Part shown: positions 32,501 through 43,300 of the stretch, piece after piece
Position numbering within the stretch: the stretch's first letter is position 1
Layout of the letters: every line of letters starts with the position of its first letter
Source: Obrimoposthia wandeli
Taxonomy: Eukaryota
DNA: 64,000 nucleotides
Assembly (NCBI GenBank): GCA_977020255.1
Contig: CDROCS010001101.1
Span: 62,001 to 126,000, forward strand
Direction: 5' to 3'
Notes under the pieces: generated by a model
Seen by the model: only the letters and a program-made list of their open reading frames with translations
Database searches by the model: none
Told to the model about the DNA's origin: nothing
Made by a program: the position numbers and the translations under genes

Positions 32501-34460
32501 GCAAGTCGCAACTCTTGTTTGTGATGAACTGTTTGACGCAGATAGCGTGTTAACTGAAGTAGGTTATCAACAAGCAGAGCAAAATGGTGTTGCCCGCATT
32601 ACCTTAACTGGTGTTGCGACTGACAGTTATGCACTGACTGCTGGTAATAACATTGATGCTAATTCGGTATTCTTAGTGAGTGGTGGCGCAAAAGGCGTAA
32701 CAGCCCATTGCGTAGTACGTATTGCTGAAGAGTATCAAGCTAAGTTCATCTTATTAGGACGCTCAAAATTTTCAAATGATGAGCCGAGCTGGGCAAACGG
32801 TATTACTGAAGAAGCGGCATTAAAGAAAGCAGCAATGCAGGCTTTAATTGCAGCAGGTGATAAACCAACGCCCGTTAAGATCGTGCAGTTAATCAAACCA
32901 ATTCAAGCTAATCGTGAAATTGCGCAAACTTTGTCTGCAATTACCGCTGCTGGAGGCCAAGCTGAATATGTTTCTGCAGATGTAACCAATGCAGCAAGCG
33001 TACAAACGGCAGTCACTCCAGCTATCGCTAAGTTCGGTGCTATCACTGGCATCATTCATGGCGCTGGCGTTTTAGCTGACCAATTCATTGAGCAAAAAAC
33101 ATTGAGCGATTTTGAGTCTGTATACAGCACTAAAATCGATGGTTTGTTATCACTGTTATCAGTAACTGAAGCAAGCAACATCAAGCAATTGGTATTGTTC
33201 TCGTCAGCGGCTGGTTTCTACGGTAACCCTGGCCAATCTGATTACTCGATTGCCAATGAGATCTTAAACAAGACGGCATACCGCTTTAAATCATTGCACC
33301 CACAAGCACAGGTTCTGAGCTTTAACTGGGGTCCTTGGGACGGTGGCATGGTAACGCCTGAGCTAAAACGTATGTTTGATCAGCGTGGTGTTTACATTAT
33401 TCCACTTGATGCCGGTGCGCAGCTGTTACTGAATGAATTAGCCGCTAATGATAACCGTTGTCCACAAATCCTCGTGGGTAATGACTTATCTAAAGATGCT
33501 GCTGATGAAAAGAGTACTGCTGTAAAAAAGCCACAAGTTAGTCGTTTATCAGATGCTTTAGTAACTAAAAGCATCAAAGCGACTAACAGTGACTCTTTGA
33601 ACGATCATTTTCAAGTGAACGACAACCGCTTTTTAGCTGACCACATGATCAAAGGCAATCAGGTATTACCAACGGTATGCGCGATTGCTTGGATGAGTGA
33701 TGCAGCACAAGCAACTTATAGTAACCGAGACTGTGCATTGAAATATGTCGGTTTCGAAGACTATAAATTGTTTAAAGGGGTGGTTTTTGATGGTAATGAG
33801 GCGGCGGATTATCAAATCCAATTGTCGCCTGTGGCCGCTGTTTCAGAGCATGAAACAGTAGTCCGTATTGCCGCAAAAGTGTTTAGCCTGAAAAGTGATG
33901 GTAAGCCAGTATTTCATTATGCCGCAACAATATTGTTAGCTTCTCAGCCTCTTGATGCGGTAACGCTGCAATTACCGGTATTAGCTGTAGATATTAACAA
34001 TTTGGTTAGCGATGAAGCACAAGCGTTATACAGCAATGGCACCTTGTTCCACGGTGAAAGTCTGCAGGGTATTAAGCAGATATTAAGTTGTGACGACAAG
34101 GGCCTGCTATTGGCTTGTCAGATAACAGATGTTGCAGCAGCTAAGCAGGGGGCATTCCCCGTAGCTGCTAACAATATCTTTGCTAATGATTTGGTTTATC
34201 AGGCGATGTTGGTCTGGGTGCGCAAGCAATTTGGTTTAGGTAGCTTACCTTCGGTAACAGCTGCTTGGACTGTGTATCGTGAAGTGGCTGTAGATGAAGT
34301 GTTTTATCTGCAACTCAATGTTGTTGAACACGATCTATTGGGTTCACGCGGCAGTAAAGCCCGTTGTGATATTCAATTGATTGCTGCAGATATGCAGATA
34401 CTTGCAGAAGTTAAATCAGCGCAAGTTAGTGTCAGCGACATTTTGAACGATATGTCTTGA
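26556..34460 (+). CDS. pfaA: Omega-3 PUFA synthase PfaA (KS-MAT-ACPx5-KR-DH)
   Basis: KS DAACAGS/EGHGTGT, MAT GHSFGE, five LGIDSIKRVEIL ACPs, KR GGAKGVT, DH HMIKGNQVLP. ATG at 26556 has an AGGAG RBS. Confidence 0.97.
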   Translation: MAKKNTTSIKHAKDVLSSDDQQLNSRLQECPIAIIGMASVFADAKNLDQFWDNIVDSVDAIIDVPSDRWNIDDHYSADKKAADKTYCKRGGFIPELDFDPMEFGLPPNILELTDIAQLLSLIVARDVLSDAGIGSDYDHDKIGITLGVGGGQKQISPLTSRLQGPVLEKVLKASGIDEDDRAMIIDKFKKAYIGWEENSFPGMLGNVIAGRIANRFDFGGTNCVVDAACAGSLAAVKMAISDLLEYRSEVMISGGVCCDNSPFMYMSFSKTPAFTTNDDIRPFDDDSKGMLVGEGIGMMAFKRLEDAERDGDKIYSVLKGIGTSSDGRFKSIYAPRPDGQAKALKRAYEDAGFAPETCGLIEGHGTGTKAGDAAEFAGLTKHFGAASDEKQHIALGSVKSQIGHTKSAAGSAGMIKAALALHHKILPATIHIDKPSEALDIKNSPLYLNSETRPWMPREDGIPRRAGISSFGFGGTNFHIILEEYRPGHDSAYRLNSVSQTLLISANDQQGIIAELNNWRTKLAVDAEQQAFVFNDLVTTWPLKTPSVNQARLGFVARNANEAIAMIDTALKQFNANADKTTWSVPTGVYYRQAGIDATGKVVALFSGQGSQYVNMGRELTCNFPSMMDSAAAMDKEFSGAGLGQLSAVTFPIPVYTDAERKLQEDQLRLTQHAQPAIGSLSVGLFKTFQQAGFKADFAAGHSFGELTALWAADVLSESDYMMLARSRGQAMAAPEQQDFDAGKMAAVVGDPKQVAVIIDTIDDVSIANYNSNNQVVIAGTTAQVAVAVTTLGNAGFKVVPLPVSAAFHTPLVGHAQKPFAKAVDRAKFKAPSIPVFANGTGLVHSSKPNDIKKNLKNHMLESVHFNQEIDNIYADGGRVFIEFGPKNVLTKLVENILVDKSDVMAIAVNANPKQPADVQMRQAALQMAVLGVALDNIDPYDAVKRPLVAPKASPMLMKLSAASYVSPKTKKAFADALTDGWTVKQAKAAPVVVSQPQVIEKIVEVEKIVERIVEVERIVEVEKIVYVNADGSHATTNNSAINNGMHSSDADLVASIEQSVGQFVAHQQQLLNVHEQFMQGPQDYAKTVQNVLAAQTNNELPESLDRTLSMYNEFQSETLRVHETYLNNQTSSMNTMLTGAETDVLVAPVTQVLNTAVAASHKAVAPVIANTVTNVVSSVSNNAAVAVQTVALAPTQEIAPAVVTTPAPALVAIVAEPVIVAHVATDVAPITSSVTPVVATQAAIDVATINKVMLEVVADKTGYPTDMLELSMDMEADLGIDSIKRVEILGAVQELIPDLPELNPEDLAELRTLGEIVDYMNVKAQEAAPVSASSTSTNAVVAAPASAGIDLAHIQNVMLEVVADKTGYPTDMLELSMDMEADLGIDSIKRVEILGAVQEIITDLPELNPEDLAELRTLGEIVSYMQSKAPVAESVTVTDSDVTSVASSAPSIDLNHIQTVMMDVVADKTGYPTDMLELGMDMEADLGIDSIKRVEILGAVQEIITDLPELNPEDLAELRTLGEIVSYMQSKAPVAEAPAAVESAPIGVTSSAPSIDLNHIQTVMMEVVADKTGYPVDMLELAMDMEADLGIDSIKRVEILGAVQEIITDLPELNPEDLAELRTLGEIVSYMQSKAPVAEAPVAVESAHTGVTSSAPSIDLDHIQNVMMDVVADKTGYPANMLELAMDMEADLGIDSIKRVEILGAVQEIITDLPELNPEDLAELRTLEEIVTYMQSKARGVTANVVASPENNAVSDAFMQSNVATITAAAEHKAEFQPAPSATVAISRLSSISKISQNCQGANALIVADGTDNAVLLADHLLQTGWNVTALQPTWVAVTTTKAFNQSVNLVSLNGVDETEINNIIAANAQLDAVIYLHASSEINAIEYPQASKQGLMLAFLLAKLSKVTQAAKVRGSFMVVTQQGGSLGFSNDAQADLVQTDLVQTDLVQSGLNGLVKTLSHEWDNVFCRAVDMPTSLAAAQVATLVCDELFDADSVLTEVGYQQAEQNGVARITLTGVATDSYALTAGNNIDANSVFLVSGGAKGVTAHCVVRIAEEYQAKFILLGRSKFSNDEPSWANGITEEAALKKAAMQALIAAGDKPTPVKIVQLIKPIQANREIAQTLSAITAAGGQAEYVSADVTNAASVQTAVTPAIAKFGAITGIIHGAGVLADQFIEQKTLSDFESVYSTKIDGLLSLLSVTEASNIKQLVLFSSAAGFYGNPGQSDYSIANEILNKTAYRFKSLHPQAQVLSFNWGPWDGGMVTPELKRMFDQRGVYIIPLDAGAQLLLNELAANDNRCPQILVGNDLSKDAADEKSTAVKKPQVSRLSDALVTKSIKATNSDSLNDHFQVNDNRFLADHMIKGNQVLPTVCAIAWMSDAAQATYSNRDCALKYVGFEDYKLFKGVVFDGNEAADYQIQLSPVAAVSEHETVVRIAAKVFSLKSDGKPVFHYAATILLASQPLDAVTLQLPVLAVDINNLVSDEAQALYSNGTLFHGESLQGIKQILSCDDKGLLLACQITDVAAAKQGAFPVAANNIFANDLVYQAMLVWVRKQFGLGSLPSVTAAWTVYREVAVDEVFYLQLNVVEHDLLGSRGSKARCDIQLIAADMQILAEVKSAQVSVSDILNDMS
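30290..31770 (+). repeat. Five tandem acyl-carrier-protein repeats within pfaA
   Basis: Five near-identical DKTGYP..MDMEADLGIDSIKRVEILGAVQE..LRTLGEIV units separated by Ala/Pro/Ser/Val linkers; boundaries approximate. Confidence 0.95.
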
Positions 34461-34486
34461 GCTAGTCAGTAACAAAAAATTATACG

Positions 34487-34522
34487 ATAGGCGTCATGGT
34501 TAGCATGGCGTCTATTTTTCTT
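34487..34522 (+). terminator. Terminator-like hairpin inside the pfa operon
   Basis: ATAGGCGTCATG-GTTAG-CATGGCGTCTAT (12 bp with 2 G-U pairs) followed by TTTTCTT. Confidence 0.55.
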
Positions 34523-34631
34523 CATTGCTTAGCAAGAACAAAACAATATTAATAACTAAAAGCTATTGATTTAAAACAAGTAAACCAGCGCTTTTAGTTA
34601 TTACTATTCGAAATAGGATATTAAAGAGAAT

Positions 34632-37280
34632 ATGACGGAATTAGCTGTTATTGGTATGGATGCTAAATTTAGCGGACAGGACAATATTGATCGTGTGGAA
34701 CGTGCTTTATATCAAGGTGCTTATGTAGATAATGTTAGCCGCGTTAGTATCGACTCTAACGTTATTAGCGATGGCGAAGAACAAGTTATTACTGCCGCAA
34801 CAGTACTTAACTCTGTCGGTCTACTAGCGCAAAAAAATCAGTTAAACATGGCGAATATAGCGGTATTGCTTATTGCTGATATGAGCAGTGATGTTGATAA
34901 CCAGCTTATAGCGCAAATTGCAGCAGAAATTGAAAAACAGTGTGCGAGTTGTATTGTTATTGCTGATTTAGGCCAAGCATTAAAGCAAGTAACAGATTTG
35001 GTTAATAACCAAGACTGTCCTGTGGCTGTGATTGGTATGAATAACCTAGTTCATGCGCCTAGCCATGATATTGAAGCTGCGGCAACAGCCACTGCAACAA
35101 TAAGCTTTGATGAAACCTTCATTGGTTATAACAGTGTAGCTGGGTTCGCTAGTTTACTTATCGCTTCAACTACGTTTGCCAATGCTAAGCAATGTTATAT
35201 ATACGCCAACATTAAGGGCTTTGCTCAGTCTGGTGTCAGTGTTCAATTTAACGCTGCAAACATTACCGATACTGCAAACATCGCATTACAGCAAGCTGGC
35301 ATGAATGCAGAGCAGGTTGGTTTGTTAGAAGTTTCAGCAGTCGCTGATTCGGCAATTGCATTGTCTGAAAGCCAAGGTTTAATGTCTGCTTATAACCATG
35401 CTCAAACTTTGCATACCGCATTAAGCAGTGCGCGTAGTGTGACTGGCGAAGGCGGTTGCTTCTCGCAGGTTGCAGGTTTATTGAAATGTGTGATCAGTTT
35501 GCATCAGCGTTATATTCCGGCGATTAAAGATTGGCAACAGCCGAGTGATACTCAAATGTCACAATGGCAGCACTCACCATTTTATATGCCTGTTGATGCT
35601 CGACCTTGGTTTCCACATGCTGATGGTTCTGCACACGTTGCGGCTTATAGTTGTGTATCTGCTAACAGCTATTGTCATATTGTGTTAGAAGAAAATGTTT
35701 TACAAGAAAATGACTTAACTGAAAGCAAACTTCAGACTGCCGAACAAAACCATCCAGTAGCTGATCTGCGCACTAATGGTTACTTTGCATCGAGCGAGTT
35801 AGCACTAGTTATAGTGCAAGGTAATAGCGAAGCTCAATTACGCAGTGAATTAGAAACTATTGCTGGGCAGTTAAGTACTACTGGTATAAATACTGCCGAT
35901 ATTAAACAGATCGCGGCTGATTGTTATGCCCGTAATGATATTAACAAAGCCTACAGCGCAGTACTTATTGCTGAAACTGCTGAAGAGTTAAGCAAAGAGA
36001 TCACTTTAGCGTTTGCTGGTATTGCTAGCGTGTTTAATGGCGATGCTAAAGAATGGAAAACCCCGAAGGGCAGTTACTTTACTGCGTCGCCAGCCAACAA
36101 AGACGCTGGAAACCCAGATTCAAATAACAGCACACAGAATGGCGTCACCTTCATGTACCCAGGTATTGGCGCTACGTATGTTGGTTTAGGGCGTGATCTA
36201 TTTCATCTATTCCCACAGATTTATCAGCCTGTAGCGGCTTTAGCCGATGACATTGCTGCCACGCTAAAAGACACCTTACTTAATCCACGCAGCATTAGCC
36301 GTTATAGCTTTAAAGAACTCAAGCAGCTGGATCTGGATCTACGTGGCAACTTAGCCAATATCGCTGAAGCCGGTGTAGGTTTTGCTTGCGTATTTACCAA
36401 GGTATTTGAAGAAGTATTTGCCGTTAAAGCTGACTTTGCTACAGGTTATAGCATGGGTGAAGTAAGCATGTATGCGGCACTAGGCTGCTGGCAACAACCG
36501 GGATTGATGAGTGCTCGTCTTGCACAATCGAATACCTTTAATCATCAACTTTGCGGCGAGTTAAGAACACTACGTCAGCATTGGGGTATGGATGATGTTG
36601 CTAACGGTACGTTCGAGCAGATCTGGGAAACGTATACCATTAAAGCAACGATTGAACAGGTCGAAATTGCCTCTGCAGATGAAGACCGTGTGTATTGCAC
36701 CATTATCAATACGCCTGATAGCTTGCTGTTAGCGGGTTATCCAGAAGCGTGTCAGCGAGTCATTAAGAATTTAGGTGTGCGCGCAATGGCATTAAACATG
36801 GCAAACGCGATTCACAGCGCGCCAGCTTATGCCGAATACGATCATATGGTTGAGTTATACCATATGGACGTTACCCCGCGTATTAATACCAAAATGTATT
36901 CAAGCTCATGTTATTTACCTATTCCACAACGCAGCAAAGCCATTTCACACAGTATTGCGAAATGTTTGTGTGATGTAGTGGATTTCCCGCGTTTGGTTAA
37001 TACCTTACATGACAAAGGTGCGCGAGTATTCATTGAAATGGGTCCAGGTCGTTCGTTATGTAGCTGGGTAGATAAGATCTTAGTTAATGGCAATGGCGAT
37101 AATCAAAAGCAAAGCCAGCATGTATCTGTTCCTGTGAATGCCAAAGGCACCAGTGATGAACTTACTTATATTCGTGCGATTGCTAAGTTAATTAGTCATG
37201 GCGTGAATTTGAATTTAGATAGCTTGTTTAACGGGTCAATCCTAGTTAAAGCAGGCCGTATAGAAAATACAAATAAATAG
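34632..37280 (+). CDS. pfaB: PUFA synthase PfaB (KS-like plus acyltransferase)
   Basis: FMYPGIG and GYSMGE AT motifs; FIEMGPG; degenerate KS-like N-terminal half; position between pfaA and pfaC. Confidence 0.93.
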   Translation: MTELAVIGMDAKFSGQDNIDRVERALYQGAYVDNVSRVSIDSNVISDGEEQVITAATVLNSVGLLAQKNQLNMANIAVLLIADMSSDVDNQLIAQIAAEIEKQCASCIVIADLGQALKQVTDLVNNQDCPVAVIGMNNLVHAPSHDIEAAATATATISFDETFIGYNSVAGFASLLIASTTFANAKQCYIYANIKGFAQSGVSVQFNAANITDTANIALQQAGMNAEQVGLLEVSAVADSAIALSESQGLMSAYNHAQTLHTALSSARSVTGEGGCFSQVAGLLKCVISLHQRYIPAIKDWQQPSDTQMSQWQHSPFYMPVDARPWFPHADGSAHVAAYSCVSANSYCHIVLEENVLQENDLTESKLQTAEQNHPVADLRTNGYFASSELALVIVQGNSEAQLRSELETIAGQLSTTGINTADIKQIAADCYARNDINKAYSAVLIAETAEELSKEITLAFAGIASVFNGDAKEWKTPKGSYFTASPANKDAGNPDSNNSTQNGVTFMYPGIGATYVGLGRDLFHLFPQIYQPVAALADDIAATLKDTLLNPRSISRYSFKELKQLDLDLRGNLANIAEAGVGFACVFTKVFEEVFAVKADFATGYSMGEVSMYAALGCWQQPGLMSARLAQSNTFNHQLCGELRTLRQHWGMDDVANGTFEQIWETYTIKATIEQVEIASADEDRVYCTIINTPDSLLLAGYPEACQRVIKNLGVRAMALNMANAIHSAPAYAEYDHMVELYHMDVTPRINTKMYSSSCYLPIPQRSKAISHSIAKCLCDVVDFPRLVNTLHDKGARVFIEMGPGRSLCSWVDKILVNGNGDNQKQSQHVSVPVNAKGTSDELTYIRAIAKLISHGVNLNLDSLFNGSILVKAGRIENTNK

Positions 37281-37349
37281 TCAACATCGATATCTAGCGC
37301 TGGTGAGTTATACCTCATCAGTTGAAATATGGATTTAAAGAGAGTAATT

Positions 37350-40300
37350 ATGGAAAATATTGCAGTAGTAGGTATTGCTAATTTGTTCCCGGGCTCACAA
37401 GCACCGGATCAATTTTGGCAGCAATTGCTTGAACAACAAGATTGCCGCAGTAAGGCGACCGCTGTTCAAATGGGCGTTGATCCTGCTAAATATACCGCTA
37501 ACAAAGGCGACACAGATAAGTTTTACTGTGTGCACGGCGGTTACATCAGTGATTTCAATTTTGATGCTTCAGGTTATCAACTCGATAATGATTATTTAGC
37601 CGGTTTAGACGACCTTAATCAGTGGGGGCTTTATGTAACGAAACAAGCGCTTACCGATGCAGGTTATTGGGGCAGTACTGCACTAGAAAACTGTGGTGTG
37701 ATTTTAGGTAATTTGTCATTCCCAACCAAGTCATCTAATCAGCTGTTTATGCCTTTGTATCATCAAGTTGTTGATAATGCATTAAAGTCGGTATTACATC
37801 CTGATTTTCAACTATCACATTACACGGCACCGAAAAAAATACATGCCGATAATGCATTAGTAGCAGGTTATCCCGCTGCATTGATCGCGCAAGCTGCGGG
37901 TCTTGGTGGTTCACACTTTGCACTGGATGCGGCTTGTGCTTCATCTTGCTATAGCGTTAAGTTAGCGTGTGATTACCTGCATACGGGTAAAGCAGACATG
38001 ATGCTTGCTGGTGCGGTATCTGCAGCAGATCCAATGTTCGTTAATATGGGTTTCTCGATATTCCAAGCTTATCCAGCTAACAATGTTCACGCCCCGTTTG
38101 ACCAAAATTCACAAGGTCTATTTGCCGGTGAAGGCGCGGGCATGATGGTATTGAAACGTCAGAGTGATGCAGTACGCGATGGTGATCATATTTACGCCAT
38201 TATTAAAGGCGGTGCATTATCGAATGACGGTAAAGGCGAGTTTGTATTAAGCCCGAACACCAAGGGCCAAGTATTAGTATATGAACGTGCTTATGCCGAT
38301 GCAGATGTTGACCCGAGTACCGTTGATTATATCGAATGTCATGCAACGGGCACACCTAAAGGTGACAATGTTGAATTGCGTTCGATGGAAACCTTTTTCA
38401 GTCGCGTAAATAACAAACCATTACTGGGCTCGGTTAAATCTAACCTTGGTCATTTGTTAACAGCCGCTGGTATGCCGGGCATGACGAAAGCTATGTTAGC
38501 GTTAGGTAAAGGTCTTATTCCTGCAACGATTAACTTAAAGCAACCGCTGCAATCTAAAAACGGTTACTTTACTGGCGAGCAAATGCCAACGACGACTGTG
38601 CCTTGGCCAACAACGCCGGGTGCCAAGACAGATAAACCGCGTACCGCAGGTGTGAGTGTATTTGGTTTTGGTGGCAGTAACGCCCATTTGGTATTACAAC
38701 AGCCAACGCAAACACTCGAGACTAATTTTAGTGTTGCTAAACCTCGTGAGTCATTGGCAATTATTGGTATGGACAGCCATTTTGGTAGTGCCAGTAATTT
38801 AGCGCAGTTCAAAACCTTATTAAATAATAATCAGAACACCTTCCGTGAATTACCAGAACAACGCTGGAAAGGCATGGAAAGTAACGCTAACGTCATGCAG
38901 TCGTTACAATTACGCAAAGCGCCTAAGGGTAGTTACGTTGAACAGCTTGATATTGATTTCTTGCGTTTCAAAGTACCGCCTAATGAAAAAGATTGCTTGA
39001 TCCCGCAACAGTTAATGATGATGCAAGTGGCAGACAATGCTGCGAAAGACGCAGGTCTCGTTGAAGGTCGTAATGTTGCTGTATTAGTGGCAATGGGCAT
39101 GGAACTGGAATTACATCAGTATCGTGGCCGCGTTAATCTAACGACGCAAATTGAAGACAGCTTATTACAGCAGGGTATTAACCTGACTGTTGAGCAACGT
39201 GAAGAACTAACCAATATTGCTAAAGATGGTGTCGCTTCGGCTGCCCAGCTAAATCAGTATACTAGCTTCATTGGTAATATCATGGCGTCACGTATTTCGG
39301 CGTTATGGGATTTCTCTGGTCCTGCTATTACGGTATCGGCTGAAGAAAACTCGGTTTATCGTTGTGTTGAATTAGCTGAAAACCTATTTCAAACCAGTGA
39401 TGTTGAAGCCGTTATTATTGCTGCTGTTGATTTGTCTGGTTCAATTGAAAACATTACCTTACGTCAACACTACGGTCCAGTTAATGAAAGCGGAGCTGTT
39501 AGCGAAAGCAGTTCAGTAACCAACAATATTCTTGATCAGCAACAATGGCTGGTGGGTGAAGGCGCAGCGGCTATTGTCGTTAAACCGTCATCACAAGTAA
39601 CTGCCGAGCAAGTCTATGCGCGTATTGATGCAGTTAGTTTTGCCCCTGGTAGCGATGCCAAAGCAATTACGATTGCAGCGGATAAAGCATTAACACTTGC
39701 TGGTATCAGTGCTGCGGATGTAGCTAGCGTTGAAGCACATGCAAGTGGTTTTAGTGCCGAAAATAATGCTGAAAAAACCGCGTTACCGACTTTATACCCA
39801 AGTGCAAATATCAGTTCGGTGAAAGCCAATATTGGTCATACGTTTAATGCATCGGGTATGGCGAGTATTATTAAAACTGCCTTGCTGTTAGATCAACAGA
39901 CGAGTCAAGATCAGAAAAGCAAACATATTGCTATTAACGGTCTAGGTCGTGATAACAGCTGTGCGCATCTTATCTTATCGAGTTCAGCGCAAGCACATCA
40001 AGCTGCACCAGCGCCTGTATCTGGTATGGCCAAGCAACGCCCACAATTAGTTAAAACCATCAAACTGGGTGGTCAGTTAATTAGCAACGCGATTGTTAAC
40101 AGTGCGAGTTCATCTTTGGATGCGATTAAAGCGCAGTTTGCAGGTAAACACTTAAACAAAGTTAACCAGCCAGTAATGATGGATAACCTGAAACCACAAG
40201 GCATTCGCGCTCATTCAATGAATGAACATGTGGTGACGAGACCGTCTAGTACTCAAGTGTCTCATACCCAAGCGTCTATTCAAGAACAAGAACAAGAGCA

Positions 40301-43300
40301 AGTACAAAATATGCAAGCTACAGCAGCCGCTGTAAGTTCACCCCTTTCTCAACATCAACATACAACGCAGCCCGTAGCGGCACCGAGCGTTGTTGGAGTG
40401 ACTGTGAAACATAAAGCAAGTAACCAAATTCATCAGCAAGCGTCTACGCATAAAGCATTTTTAGAAAGTCGTTTAGCTGCACAGAAAAACCTATCACAAC
40501 TTGTTGAACTGCAAACCAAGCTATCAACACAAACTGCTAGTGACAATACGTCTAACAATACATCTAGCAATACAGTGTTAACAAATCCTGTATCAGCAAC
40601 TGCAACGCCATTAACACTCGTATCTAATGCGCCTGTAGTAGCGACAAACCTAACGAGCACTGAAGCAAAAGCGCAAGCAGCAGCGACACAAGCTGGTTTT
40701 CAGATAAAAGGACCTGTTGGTTACAACTATCCACCACTGCAGTTAATTGAGCGTTATAACAAACCTGAAAAAGTGATTTACGATCAAGCTGATTTGGTTG
40801 AATTCGCTGAAGGTGATATTGGTAAGGTATTTGGTGCTGAATACAATATTATTGATGGCTATTCGCGTCGTGTACGTCTACCAACCTCAGATTATCTATT
40901 AGTAACACGTGTTACTGAACTTGATGCCAAGGTGCATGAATACAAGAAATCATACATGTGTACTGAATATGATGTACCTGTTGATGCACCGTTCTTAATC
41001 GATGGTCAGATCCCTTGGTCTGTTGCAGTAGAATCAGGCCAGTGTGATTTGATGTTGATTTCATACATCGGCATTGATTTCCAAGCTAAAGGCGAACGTG
41101 TTTACCGTTTACTTGATTGTGAATTAACTTTCCTTGAAGAGATGGCTTTCGGTGGCGATACTTTACGTTACGAGATCCACATTGATTCGTATGCACGTAA
41201 CGGCGAGCAATTATTATTCTTCTTCCATTACGATTGTTACGTAGGGGATAAGAAGGTACTTATCATGCGTAATGGTTGTGCTGGTTTCTTTACTGACGAA
41301 GAACTTTCTGATGGTAAAGGCGTTATTCATAACGATAAAGACAAAGCTGAATTTAGCAATGCTGTGAAATCATCATTCACGCCGTTATTACAACATAACC
41401 GTGGTCAATACGATTATAACGACATGATGAAGCTGGTTAATGGTGACGTGGCGAGTTGTTTTGGTCCGCAATATGATCAAGGTGGCCGTAATCCATCATT
41501 GAAATTCTCGTCTGAGAAGTTCTTGATGATTGAACGTATTACCAAGATAGATCCAACCGGTGGTCATTGGGGACTAGGCCTGTTAGAAGGTCAGAAAGAT
41601 TTAGACCCTGAGCATTGGTATTTCCCTTGTCACTTTAAAGGTGATCAAGTGATGGCTGGTTCGTTGATGTCGGAAGGTTGTGGCCAAATGGCGATGTTCT
41701 TCATGCTGTCTCTTGGTATGCATACCAATGTGAACAACGCTCGTTTCCAACCGCTACCAGGTGAATCACAAACGGTACGTTGTCGTGGGCAAGTACTGCC
41801 ACAGCGCAATACCTTAACTTACCGTATGGAAGTTACTGCGATGGGTATGCATCCACAGCCATTCATGAAAGCCAATATTGATATTTTGCTTGATGGTAAA
41901 GTGGTTGTTGATTTCAAAAACTTGAGCGTGATGATCAGCGAACAAGATGAGCATTCAGATTACCCTGTAACACTGCCGAGTAATGTGCAGCTGAAAGCAA
42001 TCTCGTCTGCTGCTTTAACTGCTGCGCCTGTTGCTTTAGCTACAACGAACAATGTAGATTTGGATGAACGTGGTGTTGAACCGTTTAAGTATCCTGAACG
42101 TCCGTTAATGCGCGTAGAGTCAGACTTGTCTGCACCGAAAAGCAAAGGTGTGACACCGATTAAGCATTTTGAAGCGCCTGCTGTTGCTGGTCACCATAGA
42201 GTGCCTAACCAAGCACCGTTTACACCTTGGCATATGTTTGAGTTTGCGACGGGTAATATTTCTAACTGCTTTGGTCCTGACTTTGATGTTTATGAAGGTC
42301 GTATTCCACCACGTACGCCTTGTGGCGATTTACAAGTTGTTACTCAGGTTGTGGAAGTGCAGGGCGAACGTCTTGATCTTAAAAATCCATCAAGCTGTGT
42401 AGCTGAATACTATGTACCTGAAGATGCTTGGTACTTTACTAAAAACAGCCATGAAAACTGGATGCCTTATTCATTAATCATGGAAATTGCATTGCAACCA
42501 AATGGCTTTATTTCTGGTTACATGGGCACGACGCTTAAATACCCTGAAAAAGATCTGTTCTTCCGTAACCTTGATGGTAGCGGCACGTTATTAAAGCAGA
42601 TTGATTTACGCGGTAAAACGATTGTGAATAAATCAGTATTAGTGAGTACGGCTATTGCTGGTGGCGCGATTATTCAAAGCTTCACGTTTGATATGTCTGT
42701 AGATGGCGAGCTATTTTATACCGGTAAAGCTGTATTTGGTTACTTTAGTGGTGAATCACTGACTAACCAACTGGGCATTGATAACGGTAAGACGACTAAT
42801 GCTTGGTTTGTTGATAACAATACGCCTGCAGCTAATATTGATGTGTTCGATTTAACGGATCAGTCTTTAGCGTTATACAAAGCGCCTGTCGATAAGCCGC
42901 ATTATAAATTGGCTGGTGGCCAGATGAACTTCATCGATACTGTGTCTGTTGTTGAAGGCGGCGGTAAAGCGGATGTGGCTTATGTTTATGGCGAACGTAC
43001 GATTGATGCTGATGATTGGTTCTTCCGTTATCACTTCCACCAAGATCCGGTGATGCCTGGTTCGTTAGGTGTTGAAGCTATTATTGAGCTGATGCAAACC
43101 TATGCGCTTAAAAATGACTTGGGTGCACAGTTTACTAGCCCTCGTTTTGTTGCGCCGATGACGAAAGTTGATTGGAAATATCGTGGTCAAATTACGCCGT
43201 TGAATAAGCAGATGTCACTGGACGTGCATATTACCGAGATCATTACTGAATCAGGTGAAGTAAGACTCGTTGGTGATGCGAACCTGTCTAAAGATGGTCT

